Assembly (NCBI GenBank): GCA_009778425.1 | Contig: WRJU01000253.1 | Coordinates: 1 to 54,218, forward strand | Source: Pseudomonadota bacterium | GTDB taxonomy: Bacteria > Pseudomonadota > Gammaproteobacteria > Burkholderiales > Rhodocyclaceae | DNA length: 54,218 nucleotides | Reading direction: 5' to 3' | Translations under genes and position numbers: made by a program | Notes under the pieces: generated by a model | What the model saw: only the letters and a program-made list of their open reading frames with translations | Database searches by the model: none | What the model was told of the DNA's origin: nothing | In this document: positions 1 through 17,287 of the stretch, piece by piece | Layout of the letters: each line of letters begins with the position of its first letter | Position numbering within the stretch: position 1 is the first letter of the stretch

Positions 1-302
1 GTGAGGTAGGCCGAGAGCATGCGGATGTTGCGCGCATAATCTGCCTCCCCGTCGTTAGGCCAGCGATGCAACTGCTGCCAGATGTAGAAAGCGAACGTAT
101 AGACGTTCTCCGGGGGCACGTCCCACCACTTGCGGGTACTGCCCGAGCGCAAATCCGGGGGGACGTGGATGGTGAGGGTGGAAGGCGCATGCCACCAACC
201 GCCCAGGCAAAGCGCGAGCACCACGAAAAGCCCCGCCACGACGAGGCGCAGCGTCTTCGTGTGCGATCTCAGGTGTTCGACTTCGTTGGCAAAGCGGCTC
301 AT
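1..302 (-). CDS. ICE T4SS protein, PFL_4703 family (TIGR03746-like), 5' part only
   Basis: My translation from ATG 302: MSRFANEVEHLRSHTKTLRL...WWHAPSTLTIHVPPDLRSGSTRKWWDVPPENVYTFAFYIWQQLHRWP. ATGA overlap with the upstream gene; runs off the window edge; not in the ORF track. Confidence 0.85.
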   Translation of the reverse strand, partial: MSRFANEVEHLRSHTKTLRLVVAGLFVVLALCLGGWWHAPSTLTIHVPPDLRSGSTRKWWDVPPENVYTFAFYIWQQLHRWPNDGEADYARNIRMLSAYL

Positions 303-700
303 GAATGCTGCGTCCTCCGCGTACTCCAGGCCCCCGAGCGGTGGATCAGGTCATGCCCGCCCAACACGCCTGCCAGGGCTGGCACGCGCCGGGTGATCCG
401 CATCTGGAGGTTTCGATACAGCCACGTCTCGGGTCGTCCTCTCTTTTGCCGCCGTAAAAACCCGCCCCCAATGAGGATGCCAAGGGCCACCGACAAGACG
501 ATGGCCGTCGGGATCATGGCAAGCGCACCGAAGGCCCAGGCAAGCAGGCTTCCGGGGATGGCTCCCAGAAGCGAAGAGAGACCCGCGCATGTAAAAAGTT
601 CGTCGGCGGTGAGCCCCCGCACAACCACCGGCTGACGGTTCAGCCGGTGTGGGAGGAACAGCACGGTGCCATCGCGTGCGAGCAGTTCAGATTGTGTCAT
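299..700 (-). CDS. ICE conjugative transfer membrane protein (TIGR03750-like)
   Basis: Start re-called at ATG 700 (MTQSELLARDGTVLFLPHRLNRQPVVVRGLTADEL...KRGRPETWLYR). ATGA-coupled on both sides. Confidence 0.85.
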   Translation of the reverse strand: MTQSELLARDGTVLFLPHRLNRQPVVVRGLTADELFTCAGLSSLLGAIPGSLLAWAFGALAMIPTAIVLSVALGILIGGGFLRRQKRGRPETWLYRNLQMRITRRVPALAGVLGGHDLIHRSGAWSTRRTQHS

Positions 701-1056
701 CCCAGAACGCCGGTTGCTTTGGTGACGAGCCAGATACCAATGACCAGCAGCGCCGCGCCGACGGCCACAGAGAGCCCGAACTGACCCCAGGTGGCGCGGC
801 CTGCATGGATTTCGGAGTACCGGGTATAGGCGTGATAGCACACGCCCACGAACATGCTGGCGACGACGATGAGCGAGAGCAGCATCACGATGTCGAAACC
901 GTAGTTCTGCAAGGTCTCCAGGATGGTGGTGCCTGCACCACGGGTTGGGGCGTCCATCGGGGGGAGTGCCGCCCATGCCGTGAGCGGGCTGAAGGTGAGC
1001 ATGCACAGGGCAAAGAAGTAAAAGGCGTAAAGGCGGGAGAAAAGAGGATGTTTCAT
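697..1056 (-). CDS. ICE membrane protein, PFL_4702 family (TIGR03745-like, pilin-like)
   Basis: AALPPMDAPTRG...ETLQNY...YSEIHAGRATWGQFG, signal peptide plus 2 TM segments; expected position in the operon. Confidence 0.85.
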   Translation of the reverse strand: MKHPLFSRLYAFYFFALCMLTFSPLTAWAALPPMDAPTRGAGTTILETLQNYGFDIVMLLSLIVVASMFVGVCYHAYTRYSEIHAGRATWGQFGLSVAVGAALLVIGIWLVTKATGVLG

Positions 1057-1065
1057 GGAGTGGCC

Positions 1066-1311
1066 TCACATTATTTTGAAGAGGAAAAATCCCAAACCCA
1101 GGTAGATGGCGAGGAAGCGCACTGCGACCAGGGTGAATTGGGCGTTGGAGAGGTCTTGCTGTGCCCATCCGCTATAGGCGGTTTTGATCGCCCATGCGCC
1201 GTAGAGCAGCAGCACGGCAAAGACGATGCCGAGCATCACGGTCGACACATGGCCGGGGAAAAAACCAGCGTTAGCGAAAAAGGCCGAACTTTGGTCGGAT
1301 GAAAGGCTCAT
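1066..1311 (-). CDS. ICE small membrane protein (TIGR03758-like)
   Basis: MSLSSDQSSAFFANAGF.P..., two hydrophobic helices; lies directly after RAQPRD. Confidence 0.8.
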   Translation of the reverse strand: MSLSSDQSSAFFANAGFFPGHVSTVMLGIVFAVLLLYGAWAIKTAYSGWAQQDLSNAQFTLVAVRFLAIYLGLGFFLFKIM

Positions 1312-1646
1312 TCGTTTTCATCCTCACGGATGTAGTCGGCAGGCAGTTCCCCCGCGTCGCGCGGCTGCGTGCGCGAGGGGTTCAAGTAGGCATGGATGCC
1401 CGCCTGCACCCGGCGCAGGTCGGTTCTCAACTGCGAGTAATCGAAGTGGAATCGGCCCGCAGGGGTGGAAAGCGCGATGCGTTCGACCTCATTGATCTGG
1501 CGATCAATGTGTGCCAACTGCCGCGTGATGAGTGTCAGACGCTCACGCTCGGGGGCTTCATCGGCCTGGGCCGAGGAAGCTATCCAAATCGGTGCGCTGA
1601 TGAGGGCGAGGAGCAAAACGCCCGCGAATTTTGCAGAGCCTTGCAT
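1308..1646 (-). CDS. RAQPRD-family ICE protein
   Basis: RFHFDYSQLRTDLRRVQAGIHAYLNPSRTQPRD motif; signal peptide. Confidence 0.9.
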   Translation of the reverse strand: MQGSAKFAGVLLLALISAPIWIASSAQADEAPERERLTLITRQLAHIDRQINEVERIALSTPAGRFHFDYSQLRTDLRRVQAGIHAYLNPSRTQPRDAGELPADYIREDENE

Positions 1647-1805
1647 CGTGCTGTCCTGGTGGGGGAAGTTGGCACGATGATGTGGCGGGCTTGGGGCTGG
1701 TTACTACGGGAAAAGGGAACTACGGGTAGACCGTTTTTATGGTCATGCCTATCTGTGTTCGGCTATCACAGCTTCCTCGTTTTCGGTCGATTCTCTTCCG
1801 GCAAG

Positions 1806-4800
1806 CTATTGCTGATCGTCGTTGGCAATTTGACCCCAACCGCTGTCGAACGTGAAGAATCGGGCAAGGGCTGCGGGGTTCTTAATTCGGTACACATGGG
1901 CTTTCGATGGCTCAGTGGCGTACTCGACCACGTACAACCAGAACGCTTCACGGTGTTTCAGAGCATGGCCAAACTGTTTTCTTGAAAGAGCGACGGCCCT
2001 ATCTTTCCAAGCCCCCGTCTTTGACTTGACTTCCACCAAGCGGGTTTTCTTGCCATTGCTGCCCACCTCGAAGAGGTCGTAACCATGATTGCCCGCTGGC
2101 GTGCGTTGCAGGTTTGGTTCCTGTTTGAGAATCAAAGCTATGGCATGTTCCTCAACCTGCATCCTGTTTTCGTGGTCGAGGCCGTCTGGGTCAGGCTCTT
2201 CGTCGCCGGAATGAACGCCGATGTATGAAAGGAACTGACGTTCTCCTGTTAGACCGTGCGAACGTTCTCCGCGCCCCCCGCTCCGGTCGGAATGGCCGCT
2301 TGAACTGCCGTGTGCTCCTCCCTTGCCTTGGCCGCTTCGCCCTGCACTGCCTGGCGCGTAGTCGCCGCCATAGGGGTCTGGCTTACCAGGCGGTATGTCC
2401 GGCATGTCATCACCGTACAGATCACGCGCAGCGTCATAAACATCGTCGCCGAAATCATCAGTGCCCTCCGGTTCTGCGCCGGGTTCTGTTTCGTCTTCGG
2501 GGGGAGGGTCGTTGATGCCCAACTTTGACAACATGGATTTCAGGTCTGCCACGCGGGTAAAGCCAAATTTAAGGAGAAGGTCAATGAGTCCTGGTTCAAG
2601 GCCAGCCTCCTTGGCAAGTTGGTCTCTGACCGGCGGTTTGAAGATGATCTTCTCAAGCAGAAAGGAGTTGTAACTCCAGCCAAGTGACTCGAACACTACG
2701 AACCGAGGCAGCACTAGCTCGCCATTGGCATCTGGCACCCAAGGTGTTTCATTGAGGTCGCGTATGAAAGCTGACGGAAAAGGTTCCTGATGTTTGCCAT
2801 GATGCGTCCATGTGTACAAACCATCAAAGATGCCACGACCGCGACGATCTTCAAGCTCGCCCAGGCTTTCCCAGATCAGGCGGGCGCGTTCGGTACGCTC
2901 TTCTGGGGAAAGTTTTGGCAGCATGTCAATGAGGGCATCAAACCCTTGAAGTTCCCAATCTTCAGCTTGGTCGTTTCTATAGGAAGTTTGCTCGTAGCCG
3001 TTTTTTTTGCGAAGTTCTTCAAGCCATTTATTCCCCCAAGCACCTTGGATTGTTACCTTCACTGGGCGCAGGTGACGCAATGCGTCACACGCTTCTAACA
3101 GGTTACGAACGTCTTCGCCACGCAAGCAATCGTATTCATCGTCAACGATGAGGACTCCAGGAACGCCAGCGAAAAGCTGCTTCAGACGAACTGTGGAAAT
3201 GTAGATATTGCTTGGAGGGGCGACGAAACACTCACCGTTACCAGTGTCGACCGCCATAACAAAGTTTTTCTCGCTCAAAGCCGAAACGAGCTTTTCCCGT
3301 TCCAGTTTCGAGTCTGTTTTATAAGCCGAGCAGATGCGTTTGATGTCAGCAGCGTATGCTGCGTCGTCAACTTCCACCTCATTCTGTTGGTACTTCGGCA
3401 GGACGTTTCTGATGATGTCGTCGACAGGAGAGGGTTCTTTTATGCCGAGAGTAATAAGGAACTTGCGTACTTCCTGCTTCAAGCATATCGCGCGCCGTAT
3501 CGTCGGAAAGTCTGTCTCGGTATTGCTTGGCAGAAAGACTGTAGGTTCGTTGTTTTCGTATGCGGCAACGTGAGTGCCATCTTCAAGGCGAGGGAATGGA
3601 ATTGGAATCGTGATAAGGGAAGGCCACAAAGCAGCCCGAACACTCAGAAACTCGTACAGTCGAATGATCCAGTCATCTGTTTGTGTCTCAAGAAACTCTT
3701 TGCTCAAACACGGGATCAGCGTCTCAGGCGTCACCTCCTTAATGTCGAGCTGTTGCATCAGATAGCGGCGAATTTCTGGCGCTCTATCCTGCGTGATGTC
3801 GCTTGTGAGCCATGCGGACATTTTTGAACCAACAAGCGTCGATACCTGTTCAGGACTGAAAAGTTTCCTTAATTCATCTCCGCGTGCCAGCTTTGCTTGC
3901 CCTGCGATGACATACCCCCCATCCGAACTTGGTAGCAGCGGCTCATCTAAGAATGCCTGCCTGACGGTTTCAAAAAAGGGGGCGAACATCGCTCCTTCAG
4001 GGAACTTATCGCGGTCGAGCGGCAAGCAACGCAGTACGGATACGTCCAGCTTGTGTTTTTCATTGCCGCGCATCCACCGCATCGCGTCCAACAGCAGTCC
4101 GGCTGTTTCCTTGACCAGATGGCGGTTTTTCGGATTGTCCTGCGAAATGTTGTCACGGGCGGGCGTCGTGCGGTAAGGCCCTTGAACAAGAAAACCGAGG
4201 TAGGTTGGGACTACCGTCGGGAAGAACACCCATAGCGGAGATGAGGGTACGGGCTGTACAGGCCAGTTATATTGTGTTTCTTCGCCAGTGCGCAGCAAAA
4301 AGGCAATCTCTACACGATCCGCTTCTTCCTGCTGTGGTGATGGCAAATCTCGGTTGAATACCAGCCAGTCCTGGCTGACATCAGGCTTGTCGTCGTCATA
4401 ACCGATGACTGTGATGCGTCGGGCGAAGGGGGCGAGCGGTTCCGTGCTTCGCATGTAGGAACCTGACGTGCCTCCTTGAACACTCCAATTGATCTCCTCG
4501 ATGTGCCGCAGGAAGAGTAGCGCACTGGGACCCAAACTCCGAAAGCCCTCTTCAATATCTTTCAGCGCAGTCTCGTCTTCCGATTTCAGGGGGAGAATTA
4601 TCTGTGTTTCGCCCTCTGTACGCTTCGTGCTGCCCGCTTGTCTGGGGTACACGTATTCTTCGATGGAAAAGTCCTCGTTGCCCGAGTGAATCTCCGGGAA
4701 GTCGGTTACTTTGAAAACCGACTTGAAGCCAATCCCTTTGTTGCCAATCAAATGCCTGTCCTTGTCTTTCGTGCTCTCGCCGAAATCACATACGCTTCGG

Positions 4801-5066
4801 ACATCGGCCTCGTCGAACGATATGCCGTAGTGGGATAGCAGCAGTCTGTCGGGGGTCAGATTGAATGAGACTGTGCACGGCACGCGACGGTTTTCGTCTT
4901 TTTTCTTGCGGCGGTCGAGTGCGTCATCTGCGTTCTGGAGTAGCTCGTATATGAAGTGTGTTCGATCATCGTACAGGCTGGATGTCAGGCTTCCTGTTTT
5001 TTTTGCTCCTTCCGTGCCATAGCGTTCCCTGTTCTCCCTACAGATCGCTTCGTAGTCAGATGCCAT
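1806..5066 (-). CDS. Sacsin/NO VEIN-like protein: N-terminal GHKL ATPase, C-terminal DUF3883 (PD-(D/E)XK-like nuclease); putative defence protein
   Basis: HFIYELLQNADDA and IGNKGIGFKSVF (GHKL boxes); acidic/Gly-rich linker; GYDL...LVEVKSK...LSRKQF...FWLYVVE at the C-terminus. Confidence 0.8.
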   Translation of the reverse strand: MASDYEAICRENRERYGTEGAKKTGSLTSSLYDDRTHFIYELLQNADDALDRRKKKDENRRVPCTVSFNLTPDRLLLSHYGISFDEADVRSVCDFGESTKDKDRHLIGNKGIGFKSVFKVTDFPEIHSGNEDFSIEEYVYPRQAGSTKRTEGETQIILPLKSEDETALKDIEEGFRSLGPSALLFLRHIEEINWSVQGGTSGSYMRSTEPLAPFARRITVIGYDDDKPDVSQDWLVFNRDLPSPQQEEADRVEIAFLLRTGEETQYNWPVQPVPSSPLWVFFPTVVPTYLGFLVQGPYRTTPARDNISQDNPKNRHLVKETAGLLLDAMRWMRGNEKHKLDVSVLRCLPLDRDKFPEGAMFAPFFETVRQAFLDEPLLPSSDGGYVIAGQAKLARGDELRKLFSPEQVSTLVGSKMSAWLTSDITQDRAPEIRRYLMQQLDIKEVTPETLIPCLSKEFLETQTDDWIIRLYEFLSVRAALWPSLITIPIPFPRLEDGTHVAAYENNEPTVFLPSNTETDFPTIRRAICLKQEVRKFLITLGIKEPSPVDDIIRNVLPKYQQNEVEVDDAAYAADIKRICSAYKTDSKLEREKLVSALSEKNFVMAVDTGNGECFVAPPSNIYISTVRLKQLFAGVPGVLIVDDEYDCLRGEDVRNLLEACDALRHLRPVKVTIQGAWGNKWLEELRKKNGYEQTSYRNDQAEDWELQGFDALIDMLPKLSPEERTERARLIWESLGELEDRRGRGIFDGLYTWTHHGKHQEPFPSAFIRDLNETPWVPDANGELVLPRFVVFESLGWSYNSFLLEKIIFKPPVRDQLAKEAGLEPGLIDLLLKFGFTRVADLKSMLSKLGINDPPPEDETEPGAEPEGTDDFGDDVYDAARDLYGDDMPDIPPGKPDPYGGDYAPGSAGRSGQGKGGAHGSSSGHSDRSGGRGERSHGLTGERQFLSYIGVHSGDEEPDPDGLDHENRMQVEEHAIALILKQEPNLQRTPAGNHGYDLFEVGSNGKKTRLVEVKSKTGAWKDRAVALSRKQFGHALKHREAFWLYVVEYATEPSKAHVYRIKNPAALARFFTFDSGWGQIANDDQQ

Positions 5067-5195
5067 CGCTTACCCCATCAGAGCGTCATTGTTACGGACG
5101 TAAAAACAGCGTTATTCGCGCAAATCGAATGTATCCTATTGCGCTGTGACAAGCCAATACAGAAAATCAATTACAGAAAAAGCAATGGAGAGCCG

Positions 5196-12695
<7,500 letters not shown>

Positions 12696-12777
12696 TCTTT
12701 AGGAATTGCAGGCTGTAAACTGTGACAGGGTTTTTCGGAGTTGAATCAAAAGAATACATTTATGGAGGCAAATAAAA

Positions 12778-13764
12778 ATGGACTTGAAGGAGTTTGATAA
12801 CCATCCTGATGGGTGTTCTGGTGTAACGATGTTCGGGAATCAGTATTGCCTTAACGGTGATGAGGGAATAAGGAAGTTTTTCGATCAAGTAAACAATGCA
12901 AAATCATTACATGAATTGCCAAATCCCTTATTTCCGCTTCCGCAGTTTGATGACAAAATTGCGGCTGTATCTGGTAAATTATATCATTACACTACAGCAG
13001 ATGCCCTTTTGAATATCATTAAAGAATCTAAAGAGAAGGATAGTTTCGACCTTCATTTGTCACGTATTGACTATACAAATGATACATCAGAAGGTGGAAA
13101 AATTTTTTCAATGGTATTAAAAGAATTCAAGGATATTATTGGTGATAATGAGTTAATATATAATTTCATTTTACCATATTTTACGGACACACAAGTTACA
13201 AATAGAGAGGCTTTTGTTTGCTCTTTCTCCACTGATAAAGATTCATTGCCCTTGTGGCAGGGTTATGCAAACAAAGGGGTTGGATATAATCTTGCATTTG
13301 ATTCAAAATTATTACATACAAATGGGGAAGTAAATAATTTTTTTCTCGTTCCTGTTATCTATGACTGCAAACTAATGTGTGAAATTACATCATGCGTTCT
13401 TCACAAAATCTACGAATTTGAATTTGCGAAATCTTTCAAAAATGATAGTGAAGAGAAGGAATTCGAAGAAATGATATTAGAATTTTGTTGTTTAGCGCAA
13501 TTAGCATTTAAGCACCCAAGTTTTTCGTATGAACACGAGGGGCGTATTGTGATTCTTAATAGCAAGTCAGTAGAATACAAACAACAAAATGGTGTTATTA
13601 AGCCATATACGAAGTTGAGTCTTCCAAAAAAATTATTTACTGAAATAACAATTGGGCCACTTATAGAAGCAGAAATAGCACAACTTACCATTAAAAATGC
13701 TTTAGCTTCGCATGGATTCGAATGTAAAGTGGATATTTCGCAAGCGCCCGTGAGATTTTTATGA
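12778..13764 (+). CDS. DUF2971-family protein (defence-island associated), AT-rich
   Basis: LYHYT, NDTSEG, CSFS...DSLPLWQGYA..GVGYNLAF, FKHPSFSYEHEGR, ITIGP; GGAGG RBS. Confidence 0.8.
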   Translation: MDLKEFDNHPDGCSGVTMFGNQYCLNGDEGIRKFFDQVNNAKSLHELPNPLFPLPQFDDKIAAVSGKLYHYTTADALLNIIKESKEKDSFDLHLSRIDYTNDTSEGGKIFSMVLKEFKDIIGDNELIYNFILPYFTDTQVTNREAFVCSFSTDKDSLPLWQGYANKGVGYNLAFDSKLLHTNGEVNNFFLVPVIYDCKLMCEITSCVLHKIYEFEFAKSFKNDSEEKEFEEMILEFCCLAQLAFKHPSFSYEHEGRIVILNSKSVEYKQQNGVIKPYTKLSLPKKLFTEITIGPLIEAEIAQLTIKNALASHGFECKVDISQAPVRFL

Positions 13765-13881
13765 AACCGTGCAGCACCGATCTGTCGTTGCCGCAGAAAC
13801 ATGACAGCAGAAGAGCATAATGAAAGACTCTATGAATGATTGCACGCATCAGCCTTTCGCGCCTGAGCAAATACGCAGGAT

Positions 13882-14382
13882 TCATTTTTTGGTTTCCTGC
13901 TTCATTCGGCACCCTTTTCTAGCTCGCAAGATTTCCCAACTGTGTGGATCGCATTTCGGACAGACATCGTAGGCAGAATGACCATGCTGCGCTTGAAACT
14001 GTTTTTCCAAGATGCTGAGGATGTCGTACTGCAAGTAGCTGGATGACTTCGCAAAAAAAACAGCGGCGAAATCCTTTATAAACATCATCATGCTGGGGAA
14101 ATCGGGCAGAAATACCTCATATACTGAACTGCCAAAAGGTGTCGCATTAGCGTAGAACGAACCTTTGCCTGTTGTGGACTCATAGATCTCAATCAGCCCA
14201 CGTTCTTCATCATATCCAAAGGTGTTCGCAATTGTGCTGAATCCTATTCTTGTCACGAAGTCGTCGAAATCTTCACCATCTTGCCAGTCAGGCAGTGGGT
14301 TTGTGTCTTCCCAGCTTCCACGGTTAAAAGTGAATTTTCTGTTTACTCCATTCGGGTGCTGCTCTTGCTCTAGGTTTGACAT
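13882..14382 (-). CDS. hypothetical protein (166 aa)
   Basis: AAGGAG RBS upstream of the ATG; natural amino-acid composition; C-terminal HGH..Y..CPKC. Confidence 0.7.
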   Translation of the reverse strand: MSNLEQEQHPNGVNRKFTFNRGSWEDTNPLPDWQDGEDFDDFVTRIGFSTIANTFGYDEERGLIEIYESTTGKGSFYANATPFGSSVYEVFLPDFPSMMMFIKDFAAVFFAKSSSYLQYDILSILEKQFQAQHGHSAYDVCPKCDPHSWEILRARKGCRMKQETKK

Positions 14383-14417
14383 GATCGGACTCCTTATGTC
14401 TGGTTGGTGAAGTTGAG

Positions 14418-15161
14418 CTATAAATACTTCTTGAAACTCCCCGCCGCGATATTGACCGCCACCCCCAACAGGATGGCCGCAGGCAACAGGATCAGTAGCG
14501 GGTGAACGGTGACGGGCAGCGCCAGGTACAAGCCCCAGGGCAGCACCGCCAGCGGCCAGAGCGCAGCGCGCGCCCGGTGATAGATGAACCCGGACTCAGA
14601 ATCCGCGCTAAAGCGCCGGATGTCCCGGCGCACCAGCCCATCCACGAATCCAACGAATGCCGCGAGCAGGAAAAGCGGTAACGTCAGCACAAGCACCAGT
14701 AGCCGGGTCAGAAAGACCAGTGACGTGTAGGCAGCGGCCACAATCATGTCCTGGAAATAAACGTGCGCGACTGCCAGATTGTCCCGGAACGTGCGCGAGC
14801 GTGGGGGGGTGGCAGCGCGCGCCTGCGCCTCCTCAACCCATTCGAGAAACCCGCTTTGCGCGAATAGCGCCTCTCTAGCTTTCAAGACGATGCCTTGGGC
14901 ACCGATGCCGGGGTTGGAGACCAGTATCCCGCGCCGGAACTGCCCGGAGAGTTGTTCGAGTTCTTCATCGAGCATCTTTTGCGCGTGATGCCAGCTTTTC
15001 TCCGGCCAGAAGAGCTTCATGCCCACCCATTCGACGAGGATGGAAAGCAGCAGCGCCCCCACCAGGATTCCGAACACCTGAAACGGTAGCATGATGAGTG
15101 TATAGACCAACCCCTTCGGGGCATCGCTGGGCGGCGTGCGGGTCGTGGTGTTCTCACTCAT
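14418..15161 (-). CDS. ICE membrane protein, PFL_4697 family (TIGR03747-like)
   Basis: FWPE..WHHAQ.M..EL, VDGLVRRDIRRF..ESGFIYH.A, FKKYL C-terminus; follows traD. Confidence 0.88.
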   Translation of the reverse strand: MSENTTTRTPPSDAPKGLVYTLIMLPFQVFGILVGALLLSILVEWVGMKLFWPEKSWHHAQKMLDEELEQLSGQFRRGILVSNPGIGAQGIVLKAREALFAQSGFLEWVEEAQARAATPPRSRTFRDNLAVAHVYFQDMIVAAAYTSLVFLTRLLVLVLTLPLFLLAAFVGFVDGLVRRDIRRFSADSESGFIYHRARAALWPLAVLPWGLYLALPVTVHPLLILLPAAILLGVAVNIAAGSFKKYL

Positions 15162-17287
15162 GCCGGGGCCTCCTCATTGGCAAGTTCCTCGGGGATCTCA
15201 TCCCCCCCGGTTCTGTCTGCGCCGTACCACCAGTCATCCTCCTCGTCGGTGCGGTTGCGCATGGCTTTGACCATCTCCTGCAAATCGTCGGGGAGCTTTT
15301 CGTCGGGCTCGGGTTTCGGGAGCGGCATCCGCACCTTGTGGAGTTGTCCGCCCTCGATGAACGCAAACGCCTGCCCCTTCGGGAGCGCCACGACATGCGC
15401 AGGCTCGATCATCGGCACCGAGGTCGCCGTGACCCGCTCGGATGCATTCGACGTGAACGCGGTCTTGCCGCTTGGGTCAGAGGAGTCCGTGGCACTCGAT
15501 ATGCGCGCAGCGGTATAGACCTCGACCTTGGCCAGTTGCTTGGTGAGCAGTTCGGCAGTTGCCGTCTCCCGCACCCGGAGCATGATGAGGTTGTTGAAAT
15601 TGCCAATCACCTGACCCGCTTTTGCGCGATTGCCGATCCTCGCCTCGATGTCGGAGAGGGTCTGCGTATAGGCCGTCACCTGGATACCTGCACCGCCCCC
15701 CTTGTTCACGAGCGGGATGAATTCGTCCCCCATGAGTTCATTGAACTCGTCCGCATGCAGGTTGATCGGCGCTTTTTCAGAACGGTTTTCTCCCGGCAGG
15801 CCGTCATGGGTGCCGTGCTTGTAGAGGTGCCCGGCGACCGACACCAGATCGGAGAACATCGAATTGCCGACGGCGGCGGCGACCTCCGAGTCCGATAAGG
15901 CATCCAGCCCCACATAGACCACGGCACGCTTTCGGATGACTTGAAGCCATTCAAAAATCGGCCTCGGGTCATCCAGGTCGGAATAGTTCGGTGCAAGTAG
16001 TTGGGCGATCTTCCCGGTGGTGAGCTTGTCGAGCAACGGCAGGAGGCTTGCCACGATCTTGTCGAAGTACGTCCGGTCGTACCGTACCGCGCTCATTAAG
16101 CCCTCCAGCACCGGGTCAGGCACGCGGGACATGGTGAGGTACTTCTCAATGGCAATGACCCGCCGTTCGCGCCCGAACATGTTACGGGGGATGTCCTTGT
16201 CGTTGAGTTTGCCCTCGATCTGGACGATGGACTCCCACGCCTTGGGCGCATGTTTGGCAAAGTAGTGCTGCGCGTATTTGATAAAGAGCGCGTCGATGTT
16301 GTTGACATGTTCGAGGATCAACTGGTAGTCGGGACGCTGTCCCAATTCCACCAAGGCGCGTGCAACAATGTTGACGAACCGCCATGCAAACGCCTTGAAC
16401 GCGGCAGAGTTCCCTTCCCCTGAGAGTTGGCCTGAGATGCGCGTGGCAACCTCTGAAATTCTGCCGAACCTGCCAACGGCGTTGTAGCGTGCCGAGATGT
16501 CCGGCCAGCCGAGGTGGAACACGTAAAACGCATCCTCCCGCCCCGCGCGTTTCACCTCGATGGCAATGCGTTTCAATAAGTCGGCATCCCCCTTGGGGTC
16601 AAACACAATCACTGTCTCGAATTCGCCGTGCTCGTTTTTCCTGCGGATGTCCTGCGTAATGAAGAGTTCGGCCAGCCGGGTTTTGCCGACCCTTGTTGTG
16701 CCGAGAACGAGCGTGTGTCCGACGCGCTCGCCCAAGGGCAGTGATACATCATGCTCATCGGGTTCTACCCCGTGCAGCCGCGCCAGGCCGCCGACCGGAG
16801 GCAAGGGGCGTACCGGGTTAAAAAAACTATCCCACGCCAAGGCCCTGGCGAGTGCAGAAAACGGAAACGCAGAAAATTCCCATCTGGCCTGCCAGCGTCG
16901 CGCAAGCCGGAAAAGCAGCGTCGGTTCCACGTAGGCGCGAAACTCCGGCCTGCCGGTCTGCGCCAAGCGGTGCGTGTGCCGCTCATCCCACCGGAACCCC
17001 TTGCCGATAAAAAGCCGATGCTTTGATACCGGCACCTGGCGGCTCCGAATCTCGTAGCGGGGAAGCCTGCGGATGTGGCGGCGGTAGCGCAGGATTTTGC
17101 GGGCTTCAAACGCCCGGATCGCACCAAAGACTAGGAACGAGAAAGCAAACCCGGCACCTAGGAGGGGCGAGAGGGCAAGCGCCCAGGGCGAGAAAAGGCA
17201 AAGAGAAGCGGCGGCAAGGCACGCCAGTACGCTATAGAGTTCGACCGCCGGGCGCAGCAGCACCTCGATGGCGCGCGGCGTACTCAT
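15158..17287 (-). CDS. traD: Type IV coupling protein TraD (PFGI-1 class)
   Basis: IEVLLRPAVELY, GHTLVLGTTRVGKTRL (Walker A), FDPKGD, HADEFNEL, NKGGGAG. Confidence 0.93.
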   Translation of the reverse strand: MSTPRAIEVLLRPAVELYSVLACLAAASLCLFSPWALALSPLLGAGFAFSFLVFGAIRAFEARKILRYRRHIRRLPRYEIRSRQVPVSKHRLFIGKGFRWDERHTHRLAQTGRPEFRAYVEPTLLFRLARRWQARWEFSAFPFSALARALAWDSFFNPVRPLPPVGGLARLHGVEPDEHDVSLPLGERVGHTLVLGTTRVGKTRLAELFITQDIRRKNEHGEFETVIVFDPKGDADLLKRIAIEVKRAGREDAFYVFHLGWPDISARYNAVGRFGRISEVATRISGQLSGEGNSAAFKAFAWRFVNIVARALVELGQRPDYQLILEHVNNIDALFIKYAQHYFAKHAPKAWESIVQIEGKLNDKDIPRNMFGRERRVIAIEKYLTMSRVPDPVLEGLMSAVRYDRTYFDKIVASLLPLLDKLTTGKIAQLLAPNYSDLDDPRPIFEWLQVIRKRAVVYVGLDALSDSEVAAAVGNSMFSDLVSVAGHLYKHGTHDGLPGENRSEKAPINLHADEFNELMGDEFIPLVNKGGGAGIQVTAYTQTLSDIEARIGNRAKAGQVIGNFNNLIMLRVRETATAELLTKQLAKVEVYTAARISSATDSSDPSGKTAFTSNASERVTATSVPMIEPAHVVALPKGQAFAFIEGGQLHKVRMPLPKPEPDEKLPDDLQEMVKAMRNRTDEEDDWWYGADRTGGDEIPEELANEEAPA

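Noticed and set aside
701-1168. N-terminal extension of ORF 299-1168
   Set aside because: Overlaps two genuine genes in other frames; the family-like sequence begins at ATG 700.
4956-5195. 80-aa N-terminal extension of the UvrD ORF
   Set aside because: Overlaps the divergent gene; RBS and helicase motifs point to ATG 5196.
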